A stretch of DNA of 64,000 nt, taken from assembly GCA_002633005.1 (NCBI GenBank), contig NMRA01000472.1:167304-231303 (forward strand), read 5' to 3'. Of this stretch, positions 1-13,689 are shown one piece after another. The DNA is from Phoronis australis. Lineage: Eukaryota; Animalia; Phoronida. The position numbers and the translations under genes were made by a program. Positions within the stretch are counted from its first letter, which is position 1, and each line of letters starts with the position of its first letter. The notes under the pieces were generated by a model. The model worked only from the letters and a program-made list of their open reading frames with translations. It ran no database searches and was not told where the DNA came from.

Positions 1-145
1 CCCCACTGGTGTGGACTGTGAACGTACTAGTAGGTTGACCACTACCGCCGTATGTACGAGTAGTAACTTCAGTACGTGTTTGCGGAGCGCCCCCGCCGCT
101 GGAATAGTACGTTCTGACAGTGCGAGTCGATTGCGAGTAGGACAT
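1..145 (-). CDS. First coding exon (partial, runs off the window start) of an unidentified protein with a Ser/Thr/Gly/Tyr-rich N-terminus
   Basis: ATG at 145-143 in gccaacATG context. The frame is open to the window edge: MSYSQSTRTVRTYYSSGGGAPQTRTEVTTRTYGGSGQPTSTFTVHTSG. A pyrimidine-rich acceptor ttcacacttttcag lies upstream (exon starts at 201) and an in-frame TAG precedes the ATG. Confidence 0.6.
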   Translation of the reverse strand, partial: MSYSQSTRTVRTYYSSGGGAPQTRTEVTTRTYGGSGQPTSTFTVHTSG

Positions 146-2199
146 GTTGGCTGAGCTCGAGTCGAATCGATACCAGTTCTACACGAAATAACAACTGTAG
201 CCTGAAAAGTGTGAACACAAAGTGACACCGGAGACTTGTAATACGCACCTAACACAAGCGGTAACCCGGTGCAACACGAATTACATGGTAAATATGCAAA
301 AGAAAGACGCGGTGTCAAACAACTTACCGTCGGTCACGAAACACGCCCTGCCTTGGAAAATGGACAAGTCCGGTAGAGTTCAACGAGAACGAGGAGAAAG
401 GAGTTCGTACACTCCTTCCCGGAACAACATTCTATGCTATGTATAAAGTACGCACGTCAACGTTTGAGTGTTATTGTTGTAAGTTTATTTATAGAGCAAG
501 CCTATCGTGTAATCGACTCTTAACAATAGGTGTTACCTTGCAGATGTTTCACGATAGGCTATCTCCCCCGACAAAAAATGGCACAAGCGGCTTCAGTTTG
601 ATCTGATTCAAATAATTTTTGGGCTGTCTTGTTCGTTGACGGTGATGAGGCTGCTGCAAAATGGGGATTGAATTACAAACATATAGCGGGCGTCAGAACA
701 GCTGAGACAAACTTCCAAATCGTTATCACTATACACAAACCACCAAACCTGTGACTTTCACTCGGGCACCCCAGGGTTCATCTTTTTACGTGATCCCAAC
801 CCTGATGATCGAACCCAGATCGCGAGGCCGACTTGCCTGCTGACTTGCATGTCAAAAATCTATATGTTAAAGCAGACATAACCAGAGCTCTTTCCAACTA
901 ATTTGGCTTCCAAGAGACGAACTGGTTTAGACCTTTTAACGCTATAAAATAGGTCGCAACTTGTTATAACTGAGGACTGAGTCCATATTTATTTTCAATG
1001 ATCTCTGAGCTCAGTTTTTAGTTATATTATTAGAAAATGTCCTTAACCAAAGAGGAACTCATGATTAAGAAGAAATGATAGAAAAATATTGCACCTGTGA
1101 GTCCATAAAGACACACTACGCACAAAGACTTAGAGACCTTTGAGTCATGAGTCCGGCGTTTCATGCAACCGGCCAGAGGAGACCACGCTCGTTTGGAACG
1201 CGCAGACAAGCCATCTAGTATTGATCAGAGACCATAACGTCTTTGTATTGGTCCTGTTCGATCTCGGCGCCGGAAAAGTTTCACTCCCGGCCCTTGGTAG
1301 CCACCCCATCCAACCCATCGATCACTGAATGCGGCTACGAACATTCTCTCAACACTGAGTCAAATTCGGAGGCCAACTCTAATCGCTTTGAGTTACGCAA
1401 CCTCGGCTTTCTGGAAGACGGTGTCTCGTTCTATGCGAAGTAAACACATGATCGAGCCGGCAGTAAAGTCAGACCGGCTGAGACTAGATGCGGCTATCCA
1501 AATCCCACTGGGAGACTGCCATGGGTTGCCAACTGAAGCCCTGTTCATTGTAAACAACGGGTTACTAGTCTCAGAAGAAAACTTGGTCCTGCGTGGTTAA
1601 GTTCGCGCCTCCTACCCCAGGCCCGTGGGCACCAATCTCAGCCCCCCCGCAGATCGCCACATCACGTAATGCCGTTGAGATTGATTTAGTGGGCTATTGT
1701 TAGCATACAAAATGGTTCCTTCCCAGGAAAGAAAATCAGACGGCGTTCATCAAAAAATGTAACAGTCCATTTTCAACATTAAAGTGGATGTAAGCCACGG
1801 TAATGTTTTGAATACAAGTCCAGTGCCTGAAAGTTTTTTAAACAATTAAAATTGATGTCGTGCGACTATCTGAACGTTTTTGCTTTGAACGTGAATTAGA
1901 AGAAAAAATGCGGTCGGTGTCATAATTGCTGTGTCAAGTTTACTGTCAAGGGCTTTCTGTACCGTACATATCTTAGATTTTTGGCTTACTTTCAAAAGAG
2001 ATCCTACCATCAAAGTCGGGGATCTTTGAAACTTTAGGCCTAATAACACCTTAAAGTCTTCATTTTCGGAGCCAATATCATCCCACTGTTTGAAATCGGA
2101 GAAATGGTACGGGCTGAGCCAGACCACGACAGTGAAAATTTTCATGCGAATGCCTGGAAAGGTGGCACTAAAAACAAACTCATAAAAATTTATTTAGTG

Positions 2200-4100
2200 A
2201 CTAGGAAAGAAAATGACATTCCTGGTCTAATTGTTCAAATGGATTTTGAGAAAGCTGCTTCGATTCGGTTTCTTGGAATGTGATCAACAACGATATGTTG
2301 TTTTTTTAATTTTGTTTAAAATTTCATTGACTGCATTGAGTCCTTCTTAAACTAGTGCATCTGTTTGATATCTTTGTCATCACCTCCTCTGTAAGTTGTT
2401 GATTCGTCGAAGCATTGATGTTTCTGAAACAGGATAAAAATAAAGTAGAACCAACATGATTCAGGACTGTTTTTGTAAATGATTGATATTAAGTCTTTTA
2501 TAAATTATCCTAGATTTTTGTGCTTCATTCACAGGACTCATAAAAGTATGTTTAAGCTGCACGGCTATTGCTAGTAATGGAGAGGACTGAATCAGAAAAG
2601 TCTCTTCACTTTTTGTTCCGAATGAAGGATGTTATTGGTTGAACATTAGCATAATTTATTAAACCATGTAGCAACCAAATATTCCAATCGGCTTCACAAT
2701 TAAGAACATGAAACCCGAATTCAAACATTTGGAAAATACTAGAGTTCTTCCGTACCTAAATTTCAAAGTACCTACCATAATAATGCTCTGCTTCACAAAG
2801 TAAGAGAACATTCAAAGCAGTGACAGGTCTTAACAAAGATTAAAGTTTTCAACTGCTGGAGCGTAAATGTTTCAAGTTCATTTGGCATCATAAACAGGAT
2901 AAAAATAGCGGAACCAATATGATTCTTAACTTCCCATAAGTTGTTTTTAAAACGATTGACATTTTAAGTTTTTTATAAAGTCTCTTAACATTTCGTGGTT
3001 CACGAGACTTAGAAAATCTGAATATAATTCGTGGATTAATATTGTTTTTTAACGAAAAACGATCTGTTGAATGAAAACGTTCAACAGCTTGGTGCCTCAT
3101 TTTACAAAAAATGTACAGATGCTCATGCCAACCTTTTTTGGAAGAAAGTATTTTCTGTTGCAGTATAGCTCTATTGAATGTAGTGAAGAGTACTTTCTTC
3201 ACGAACATTATGCCATAACCTAACGGCCAACAATCCATTTTTTTACAGATCCTCTTACAAAAAGGTGTAATATGCGTTCATGACGTGTTTGGCTCTTACG
3301 GTATTTTTTGTCTTATCAGTGTTTTTGTGCAACTGACTTGTCACTTTATTTTTTGGTCTTCTAGAGTTAATTCAACAAAAAGTTTGCCCACTTCGAACTA
3401 ACACTGAACTATCAGTTGCCATTAGTTTTCCGTACTACGTAAAATTTAACTTAGTTTTAATTTCTCATCAAAAAATCAATAAACTTATTTACACTGACTT
3501 AGACCAAAAATGTACAGAAATTCGAAGTATGAAGACAGTGTTTGAGAGAATTTTCTAGATGTAGTACCGTCTATCTCGTGAATGGTGGAGAAAAGCACAC
3601 GTTTTAACTGGAAATATCACTTCTGGCTTTCGACTTCGATGGTTCAAGTTTCAGATAACAAATAGAATGCTAGGCACTAACCGATTTTCAATTAAAATTA
3701 ACATCTCGGACTCTCATTTATGTATTTTTTGCTCAGCAGAGTCCGAAGATCTGGTACTTATCTTTTGTGTATTTGTAAGTTTCCATCCCCTTTTTGGTCC
3801 GAGATTGATCCATGGGTTAAAGAACTGTGTGATATTATCTAAATCTTCGTAGCATTGGCGTAATGTTGGGTAAATCCAGTATACCTAAAGTTGTGAATCT
3901 TCCTTTGTGCCTTGGCAAACTTCAATATATTTACAAACTTTTATAACTCCAACGAGACCTTGTTTTGCCAAGTTCAAAAGGGAAGTATTAGATTACTATA
4001 ACGTTGAAAAACCTTTCCTTCAGAGTTGTAATCATCATTTGTTCGGTGAAAGATGGACCCCTCGTAGCTTATTATTACTAAGTTTTTGGTTTTTATAGTT
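2200..4100 (+). mobile_element. Degenerate L1/Tx1-clade LINE ORF2 remnant (RT fragment plus C-terminal zf-RVT-like region)
   Basis: Frameshifted translations give ENDIPGLIVQMDFEKA.(F)DSVSW (~2209-2280, RT motif), NLFWKKVF (~3130), KGVICVHDVF (~3260) and LRWFKFQITNRMLGTNRFSIKINISDSHLCIFCSAESEDLVLIFC (~3635-3770). Segments ~2430-2540 and ~2890-3010 are diverged copies of the same LINE region. Confidence 0.8.
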
Positions 4101-5416
4101 CCCCCGGTTGAATGTGAGAGTGTATGTGTGAGAACATGGCTACACTGACGTCATTGTTATGATCTTCCATTCATTGAAAAAAGCTAATGACTAGAGTCGA
4201 ACTGATCGAACCGTGCAAAATATGGCCAATAAAGATTTGCCAAGTGATTGAGGGATTTGCAAAGTGATCAAAGTCAAATTCGTCCCACTAAACTCGTATC
4301 CTTGTCTTATAAATAACCATGATGGCGTTTCAGAAATAATGAGTGTTATAAAATGTCAGAATAATGCATTTTTGAAACAAATCCACTGACGCCGGAACCG
4401 TTGACTGGACAGCCTTATAAAATTAGAGCATCTGTAGTGTTTGAAGCTGCATTTTACCCTGGTTATATAGAATTAGTTGTTCTTAACAGATGAGTCAAAA
4501 CCACCATGATCTGCGATGTACTCACCAGAAATGGCCATTGTTGTGTCTCGGTCTGCCTGGCTGAATTCCATGCGCGTCATTTTCGAATTTCAGGGTTGCG
4601 CCAACCCCAGTCAAACGAAGATTTTCTGACACGTTGTTGAGAGTTTATGTGTTCTTCTTGGTAACATAAACAAGCCCTATTTTGAAATTTTGGAACCGAT
4701 GTTTAGATGTAAAAGACCAAATTTGAGTTTCGTTTTTAGACTGATACACTGAGAACTGGATTGCTCGGCTTCTGAGCTTTAAGCATTTCGCGTTGTTTAG
4801 TTGGCTAAAAACGAAAATCGAATTAGGCCTTAATTTCACTGGTCTCATAACATAATTTTTCTTAAAAGCTAGGATTCTATTTCCGTTACCAATAAGAACA
4901 TCGATTCCATCAGACAGCAACTCAAGAACGAGCTTACTGGCCAGGGGTTGCCAACCCTCTAATTATAAAATTGAGTATTGAATTCGAAAATGAGGGACTC
5001 ACGAAGACTGCTTGGTATGACAGTAAGGAATATTACGAGACTGATTTTGTGAGAGTGATTGGTACAATTTGCTCGTTTTTTTGATCTAGGTTAATGACAG
5101 GGTCAAATACATGCAGCGGCTTCAAAATACAATCCGAGGCTAGGCCATCAAATTGTCACACCGGATGCAGCAAAATGATATTAATTAAAACACATGCCGA
5201 AAAAATTATGTTTTCGAAATGTTTTTTTGTCTAAAGTAACTGTTTGTTTCATTTCTCCTTTAGTTGCTAATTAAGGAACCAGCATCGCGATTACATTGCT
5301 TCTCAAGAACAACTGTAAATCCGTAAAACTAGGCAACACAAAAAGCCGTAATTGCCGGGGGTTCTTGATAATCCGGCGCTTAGAACTGCGGAAACTATCA
5401 GTTGCTACTACTAACT

Positions 5417-5558
5417 CATGAGCGGCGCAGCACTGAAAAAAGTGGGGCTAAAGCCCCCTGAAGTACACCGCCTATAGACCATGTGCAGCGTAGCCACTGA
5501 AAAAGTGAGGCTATAGCCACTCCCCCCCAGCCCAGCCCCCTATGGTGCGCCGCCCATA
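5417..5558. mobile_element. MITE, CATGGGCGGCGCA family, internally dimeric, 5-bp TSD
   Basis: Termini catgagcggcgca...tgcgccgcccata, flanked by TAACT/TAACT. Homologous copies at 14672-14820 and 20101-20244. Confidence 0.8.
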
Positions 5559-6442
5559 TAACTTCATGACAATCATGTGCTCTTTTTGCTGTTTAGCTGT
5601 ATGTCAGTGCTAGTTGTATTTTATAATTATGTGCTTGTTACACGGTGCAATATTGGTAGAGCATATGCAATCAGTACAACTGTTGCCAAGCTCAGTGTGG
5701 CCAAGCTTTTTAATCGAGGTGGTCCGCTCGTCACGGCCTAGGTTCAATGTTTTGGTTCTGTTGTAATTGTTTTGATAAACATGCGCATAGGTGCAATGTA
5801 GGAGTTGATAGGAGCCCGTAACACGTTAAAGCGATTGGATTCTGGAGCGAAACTGACTCGGTTGGGTCAGCGGTGATGATTCTGCACTGGCCCGGGAACC
5901 TTGTACGGGAAAAGCGCACCTCAGCTTGAGTCCGGTAAAACAATAAATTCGGCAATGTCAACTTTTAAGTTTTTTTTTATGGTTCTTCTTGTTTCATGCA
6001 TGAATGGTTAGCGATTCTCCGCACGAATGCAGGAAACAATTATTAGGCCTAAATGTATTGTCCGACCAGAGTTTATTTATTCAAAGCGTAACGTGAAGAG
6101 ATATGAGTGAAGCTGGAGGCAGTAGGCCTACTACGTGTACGCCCTTCAGTTGAAACGTAATGTGATGATATCACGCGAAGACTTGCCTAATCTCGCTTTT
6201 TTCGCACGACAATCTGCGGAACCGACACAGGGTTTTCATGGATGAAGTTCACCCTAGAGTAGTCTGATAACGTTCTTCGCTTCTAACGCATGGCGATATC
6301 TTCTGCAAAGTTTTGAGAACTTTTGAGTTTTCGCGAAAACCTCGCGTTTACGAAACGGACTACAGTTAACGGCAAGCCATTGAAGCATCAAAAGCTGTGA
6401 CTTGTGCAAGTTAAATAAGTGCCACCGCGGCCCTCGTCAGTC

Positions 6443-6602
6443 CAGTGCTGTAGTGGTAAAATTAGAGGTAATGAGTAGGCGCCCTAAGTCCACTGTATCA
6501 CCTGGAGCACTGAGCGCAACTTACGGTGGGTAGGAGCTACGTTCAAATGCCAAAAGGTGGTTGGCTGCGCCTACTGCGCGCCTACGCCCCACTACAGCAC
6601 TG
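6443..6602. mobile_element. Short non-autonomous hAT-like element
   Basis: 14-bp TIR CAGTGCTGTAGTGG...CCACTACAGCACTG. Same family as the 17352-19452 element. Confidence 0.8.
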
Positions 6603-8747
6603 CCCCCGTCGTCACCAATTCTCTCTGTCATAACCATCTTTCTCCCAATTCAGTTATCCCTTCAAGCCTGGCTGTCGCTGAGACTCTTCCCAGATCTCAG
6701 CAACCCCATGAATAGGCTAAATTCTGTGCCCATTCCCACTGACCGATCTTACAGTTATCCGCCACACAATGCGGGCCTGTACGGGTCTTCAGTTTAGTTC
6801 ATGCCGTTAAGTATTAATATTCACAGCAAATATCTTGATCAATTACATGTACAAACATTTCACCTCCAAATATCTCAAAATAAACACAAATTAAACAACG
6901 ACGACTAAGACGATACTGTTTAAGAAAATTGATGCACAAAGGATGCTTGAAGTAGAGGTCTCGGCTAAAACAAGTTCACTAACTGTCGTTCCAAATATAT
7001 CACCAAAAGAAATTGAAACAACATCCAGACATCATTAGAATAGAAACACAGCGAAGGTAAAATAAGATAAGAATACAAGATTTAAGTTACAGCATTGACG
7101 TGCAGCAAATTCCTCAGCGTCATGGAAAGCATATAGCTGAAAGTCATAGTACCTGCAACTATTGAAAGATCCTAGCCTTAATACCAAAGTTGTATTTTGA
7201 CGCAAGTCTACATATAACTAGCTGACTAGAAGTATCCACGTTGTATTTCGTGTTAAGTCTTGTGCCCGTTCCTTGCCTTCCGACTAAACCACACCTTCTG
7301 CTCCTAGGCCAATTGCGCTATCAAACAGTAGAATTCTAAAAGGCTAATAGGATTTGCAAGGCCGCGGATAAGACGTCTGGCTTGTCTTCTCATAAAAAAC
7401 ATATCCGAATGCTGTATGAGCCGATTTTGCTGCCTAACACAACCCGCCCTCTAGATATACTGACGGGGCTAACTTTTCCCGATGGAACTCGCAAAAGTAT
7501 TTATTATCAGTTGACATTGAAAGCAGTAGTCAAAATTACTATTTAGTAGTAACTTGTGTTCATTTTTCTTTATTTACTTTTTTCTTTATTTTGAATGAGC
7601 TAGTATCAGTCTTATAGCATGAGAAAAGATTTCCCAATGGAAATTCGGCTTGTCCATACCACTAGTGACGGTCACACTATTTGGCATTCAAACTGTAATA
7701 AACCTTATTTTGATCATGAAGAACCCAATGGGGTCTCGCTTCTCAAACCAAATGACAAGGTTAGTCTTGCCCTTAGTTGTAAAGACCACAAATTCTCAAA
7801 CAGTGTAAACTTTTTTTATTGACCCTTACCCTTTAGTCTCAAGATGCTTGGACAAGTGGCGATAACAGAGCGGAAGGATTCTTCAAAACTGAACAGATTT
7901 TATACTCTTTAAGTGTAGTGTTACGGATGATTTGCAGGTAAATTGTGTTCATTATGTATTTTAAATGTGAGGTCTTTTGTTTTGCTTAGCGTTAGTTTTC
8001 TGCCTCGCCGCTAGGCACTTTCTAGGCTATTGTTTCACTGGCTTGCCATTTCGCTCTGCCCGCATCATTTGAAGCGTCAAGTCGCTTACTGTTGTCGTGT
8101 ACTAGTGAGTATTTTCTTCCGTTATCTGTATCATTTGCTTTGTTTTGGACGCAGTTAGTACATTTTCTTTTCCCTTAGTTTGTATATTTGTGTAGATAGT
8201 ACTGTATTTAATTTGCTGTAATTTTGTGTATAATATGTTTAAATAGTCTGCTTTTTCTGTGTGTCTTGTGTTGACCACGCCCTTGTCAGCCATTTTGTTA
8301 ATTTAGTGTTTCTTGTTCTTTGCAGACAAGATTCGTACAAGTTTTGTATGGTAGTCAGTGGTTGCAGACTTTATATTCGCTGTGTTCATGGGCCACATTT
8401 GGGCCACGGAACAAAGAATAAAGTTTACCATACCATTACAATCTTTCGTATATTATCACACGGCAACATGTAGTGCATTAAAAATGCTTTGGAAAATTTC
8501 CTCGCGTTATGTTGACCAGAAAAATGAGCTTTTTTCTTTATGCCCCAACAAAATTTCTCCATCAACTTGAAAAAGAAGACCTCCATTTTTTACTTAAGCT
8601 TTCCTGTGGTGACGTTTGCCTAAGGATTTTATCAACTGAATTTGAACTCTGATACAAGTACAGCATTTTAAAAAATATCAAGAACGAAGTAGCCAATAAT
8701 CTTGATGTCTTAGAGCTTTTTCACTGCTAACTAGAGTTTTTAATAAT

Positions 8748-8773
8748 CAAATAAATAAATAAATAAATAAATA
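8748..8773. repeat. (AAAT)n microsatellite
   Basis: aaataaataaataaataaataaataaa. Confidence 0.9.
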
Positions 8774-9561
8774 AAATATCTGGTATGCATCACTATTGCA
8801 TTATTTTTTAAAACCACATATAAACAAAACATCTCATGAACACAAATATAGGCTTAAAAATTGAACAATTGAAGGTCCATCCATTTCCACAGGTTGTTTC
8901 CATCTCCAGTTGTTCAGACGTCAACTAAAAACTCCAGATCCACAAGTTGATAAATGAAACATCTTGATTGAAGTTACATTGACAACGAGCAGGTGAGCCC
9001 TTCTTCAATTTCGTTTGTCCATATATTCCATTGCTTTTTTGCTGTAGAACGAGATATTTTCAGGAGCATGGTTCAGTCCTTGAAACACAGTTTTCACACC
9101 TGGAAAAAGATGATCAAGTCCAGTGTGAGCAGAAATTCAGATAAACAAAATGTCAACAGTGAAACTCGACCAAAGTTTGCCATTGCCGTCCACGCCAGGT
9201 TGGGGAATGATAGGAGACAACTAACGCAACAATTGGTGGAACACGTAACGCAGTACGTACAACACAATTCTTGTCAGATGACGTCGAGCAAGGGGGGAGA
9301 CTCAGCAGTATACCTCTGACGAGGAGTTGCAAAACAAACAAAAATGCCACCGATAGGCAATGGCAGTTGAGAAACATTCAATACAGTCTCTTGTGTGTTT
9401 AAAGTGGCTATAAACCCACCTTCCATAAAAAAGTAACTTTTGACAACTCCAAGTGACATCCTGAATGCACGTACTTGCACAACTAGGATCATTGTCTTAC
9501 CGGCACCCCCTAGTGAATATGAAGCTCTTTATTACAAAAAGAACTGAAGCAAGGTAATCAG

Positions 9562-9793
9562 CATGCGCACACCCAGCCTAAAAAATGGGAGGGGGCTCGA
9601 ATTTTTGAGAATATGGACGTTAATTGTGCATTCACCAAATTTTGGTTGTTTCTGTCTTTTTAGTGGACTTTTGTCTAGTTTTCTACTTTTTTCGGTCTTC
9701 TTTGTTTCTCTGAGGCAGATCTTTTTCCCCACTTCGACAAAGGGAGGGGATAGGGCTCATTCGAGCCCTCGAGTCCCCCTGGGTGCGTGCATG
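9562..9793. mobile_element. MITE, CATGCGCGCACCCAG family
   Basis: TIR catgcgcacacccag...ctgggtgcgtgcatg with flanks ATCAG/ATCAA. Related copies at 31346-31598, 36209-36469, ~41535-41778 and 49283-49537. Confidence 0.8.
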
Positions 9794-11024
9794 ATCAACA
9801 AGTCATCCAAATTTCATACACTAAAAGGGATACTTATCACTAATATTACCTGAGTTCCAGGTGTTTACAACTCTGTTAGACATGTAGTCTGTCGACGGCA
9901 CCTGCAATTATCAAAATAAACATTTGTTAAAAGCATGTGATTTTTGAGGTGAGCCACAAATAATGGCCAAAATCAAAGAAAATAGGAAATTGCTTCCTCT
10001 CACACTAAATATAGCAGAACATGAAATATAGCAAACCTTTAGCTCAGGTATCCATTAACATGACCCTCACCAATCCTGCTTAAACTAGCGACCAGGAGTT
10101 CCAACCCAGTGCCCTGACAAATAGATGGACACAATATATCCCTTGGAGGGAAATAAAGGGTGTCGCAATCATTCATGACGTATAACTTGCTCCATTACAT
10201 ATCTTGGTGTTTACATTTTCTTCTCAGTATCACATTATTTCGATACACTTGGACCTGAACAAGAAAGTAGAGATGCACTGGTAACTTGGGGTATGGTGTT
10301 TTTTGTATTAATTCACACACTCTATTAGTTCGTACAGGGCCCTTGAAACATGCCGTTTGTCTCCAATAATTAGTGCAGTAGGCGTCCGAGGGTAAAATAG
10401 TTCGTACACTAGTGTACAAATTAATAGAAAAATACTGTAGTTTCAAAGAACAACTTCATAAGACAGGGGAATCAATGTTTTCAAAGGCCCATAAACACAC
10501 AGTAAATTTAAGGAACTTAGCTGAGTCCCTCATTAGGACTGTTTCATGCAACCGGGCACAGAACTTTTTGAAAAAATTCAGACCAAACGCACCTTAATCC
10601 CACCAGCATTGACAATGCTTAGGTAACCAGTGATGTATGTACCTATCTCATAGGAGAGTACAGTTGTAAGTGGAAATAAAAGTGTCACTGACATACTCCA
10701 AATCCAAACTCATTTTTCACCTCAAATGACACATAAATGTGTAAAAATACAGTTTGTACAAATTTTGTTGAATGGTTTGCCTGCAGCTTATTGAGGTTTT
10801 GCAACTCATTTCAGATAAAATGGGCACTGGTGATAATCGTGAAAGTCCAAGAAAATGTGCAAATTGCTTGTAGTGCAAATAAAAGCATTTTGTTCATCAC
10901 TAAAACACCCACTGACAATGTAAGTTCGAACAGCATTAGAACATACCTAGGAAAAAGAAGTTAATGCAGACATGTTTGAAACAGTATGTGGAAATACTCG
11001 AATAAAAGATGCGACTTGCATACC

Positions 11025-11700
11025 TAAAGTAATTTCAACGTCCAAAAATCTAACATAGAGTTAAACTTTTCAGCACCAATGTCCCGTCTTCCTATGAAGT
11101 AGACAGTCTGAAGTGCTTCGGTTAGTGAGTCGCAATTTTATTTTAGTCATGCATGGACTCGACAGTCAAGCCTATGTTTTCTCTCAGTTTCATGTCTTGA
11201 GTGTGTACATTTTTCTTATGGTGAATATTCTCGCAACGTCTGTTAAAATTCAACGTTCTGAAGATGGTACAGCCAACGGCAAAACTCTTTGAACAACCGG
11301 ACTTCTTGAAGAAAACTGCAGAGCATCGAGTCCAGGATTCATCCAACATCTTTAATGAGTAAACACACCGATTCGTGTGTGTTTTCCATGTAAGGGTACG
11401 AAAGAGTAAGGCCAGTTAAAACCAACATTTCTAGAAATATATCGGATCCGCTTCAACTGTCAAAAATTTGTAATTTTGCCATTCCAACCACATTCTTCTT
11501 GTTGATAATCACTATTCCAATTTTGGAGCAAATTGTAGGAACTCAGATACCAATGTTGTCCACCGTCCATTGCACGCGTATTTGCGTTTCATAGACTGAG
11601 TCAAGGTATTACCAAGATCCAGGTCATGAACTGTATCATCTGTCGTATCAGGATCTGGGTCAACTTCATACCTGACATCTCCCGATTTGTAAAACAATCC
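11025..11700 (-). pseudogene. Decayed hAT-superfamily (ZNF862/C17orf113-like) transposase N-terminal region
   Basis: Frameshifted minus-strand translation gives MKRKYACNGRW..., then MLCSF/KKSGCSKSFAVGCTIFRTLNFNRRCENIHHK, resembling the MxCxxC...FxxGCxNFR...RH...H zinc finger. It is followed by LTEALQTVYFIGRRDIGAEKFNSMLDF, resembling the F-N-T-A-Y-F-I-A-K...K-F..L helix of this family. Stops and frameshifts are present. Confidence 0.55.
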
Positions 11701-12673
11701 ACATTCTTTTCAGGCCTTTTTGAGACAGATGACACGACTACATGTCCATCACAATGTGTCGAATGTGCATGTCGTTTCATAACAGAAGATAGAGGCGACA
11801 GTGGCTGTCCAAATTGACGGAATTACTTCACCCCAAAAAAGCAAACATTGCGCACTGCGGCTGATGTCAAAGTAAAGAGTTGTGAACAGCATGGTAGTTT
11901 TTCACAGAGAGTAATCATAGATATTGGACCAGCCAACGAAACTCTTTACAAATAAACGAGATGATCTCAATTTCGATTGGCTGGTGACATGACATATGCA
12001 CCAAAAGAAACCCAATAGTAATCCTCTAAGTGAGAAATCCACAAGCAACACCCAATAAGACTGGAGTAGGTTAGTTGGGCACACAAAAAAAATCTGTTGA
12101 AACCCAAATATAAGAGTCATAACAGGGTCATGTTTTTCTTACTTTTTGTAAATAAGCAGTGGTTGTTGGCAGCACTGAGGTCTGTACTTTGTCCAAGGCC
12201 AGCGATCCCTGACTACTAGTACTCCAGACTCCCTCTCGACTTGTGACATAGATGGCGCTTCCAGCGACACCTAGTTTGGCAGTCGTCCTGCAACAGAGGC
12301 AAGCGTCACATTTTCAAACTGTTTGTTTCGTATATTGGTCAATAATACATCAAATGATATATGCAGGCAGAAGACTAGAGTTAAAACAATAAGTAGAAAT
12401 GAAATCACAATAACAGATATCACAAAAAGATACTTCTTACACCAAATGGCAAAACGGGTTCTTTTTAAACATTAATAGATACAATATGAAAATATCAAAG
12501 TAAATATACACAAACACTTGAATACATTGGACTAGCATTAATGAAAATATTTCACAATTACATACTAAAAGACGACCTGATAGGAAACATTGTACATAAA
12601 ACATGAGAGGTACAGAAAGGAAAAGATGTTCAGTGCTATGTTTAGACTTTTAGGTCTACAGGTAGCACTGAAT

Positions 12674-13247
12674 CAGTAAAATGCATTTAGTCCAGTGGCA
12701 TAGAACAGTACAAACGAACTAAACTGCATTAATCAAACTGGTTCTCTGCCACTGAAACAGAACTAAAACTGTTCACTGATGAATGTTAATAAAAATGTTG
12801 AACTTCTGTCGATATTAAAGAATTTTCCTTTAATTTCAAACTTAAAAAAATGATCGATCAACTGCTCATCTCTTAGTTGAGTTTTCTCCCACATGGCAAA
12901 CCACCTCTCCTTAATTGGAATGGCAAAACATAGACGTAGGACGTTTCCCTTAAATGGCAAATGTGACCTTTGACCTTCAATGGAAACAAAACACTTATGA
13001 TTTCAACCAGCAGCCAGTTCGACTTCTTTGAACGCATGTGTGCATATATCATCAGGGGAGAATTTGAAAACTATATTGGGATGAAAGAGTTACGCCTGTG
13101 TTTCAAAAATAGTGAACCTCAAAATTTTTTCAGAATCTAGAACTTCTTGCAATATTCAGAGTGAATTACTCTTACGTTAGCAAATTTTTTTACAAGTTTG
13201 AGCGTTCCATACCTCTTTAAAAGACTTGGACTAAATGCATTAAACTG
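12674..13247. mobile_element. Probable non-autonomous TIR element
   Basis: Imperfect ~21-bp TIR cagtaaaatgcatttagtcca / tggactaaatgcattaaactg. Confidence 0.45.
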
Positions 13248-13632
13248 ATACTAAAAGTACAAAATGTGGCAATTTGCTACAGAAATTACTAATAACCACA
13301 GTCCTCCCAAAGATTTTCAAACTCGACACACCTAGGCCAAACTCGTCACAACGAAATTCAAACTCGACGCAGTAACGTGTCAAAACTGGTTGTGGAGAAC
13401 ACTGGCTGAAGATTCCTTGTGTAAAAGTGATGAAAACAAGTGATCATTTTTCAATGTTCCTTTTCGAGTAAAATTTCAGTGCATCTGACATGACTCAAAA
13501 CATGAGAAAAGCAAAGAAAATGTTTTGAGTCACTCATTTTCATAAGATTTTCTTGATTATCCAAAAATCGCATTTTCTCTGAACACTTGCAATTGCTTCT
13601 CCCAATTATAGTTACCTCAGAGACTCAGAGTC

Positions 13633-13683
13633 NNNNNNNNNNNNNNNNNNNNNNNNNNNNNNNNNNNNNNNNNNNNNNNNNNN
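13633..13683. other. Assembly gap (N run)
   Basis: Run of n characters. Confidence 0.99.
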
Positions 13684-13689
13684 NGTATA

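Noticed and set aside
1140-1600. Overlapping short ORFs in a GC-richer patch
   Set aside because: No domain signature in any frame; it adjoins a repeat end (gtttcatgcaaccgg, also at ~10541).
9850-9901. Possible 52-nt minus-strand exon (ttgcag|...|gtaata) and nearby splice-like sites at 9000-9500
   Set aside because: No consistent, recognisable reading frame could be assembled. It may be non-coding or TE-derived.
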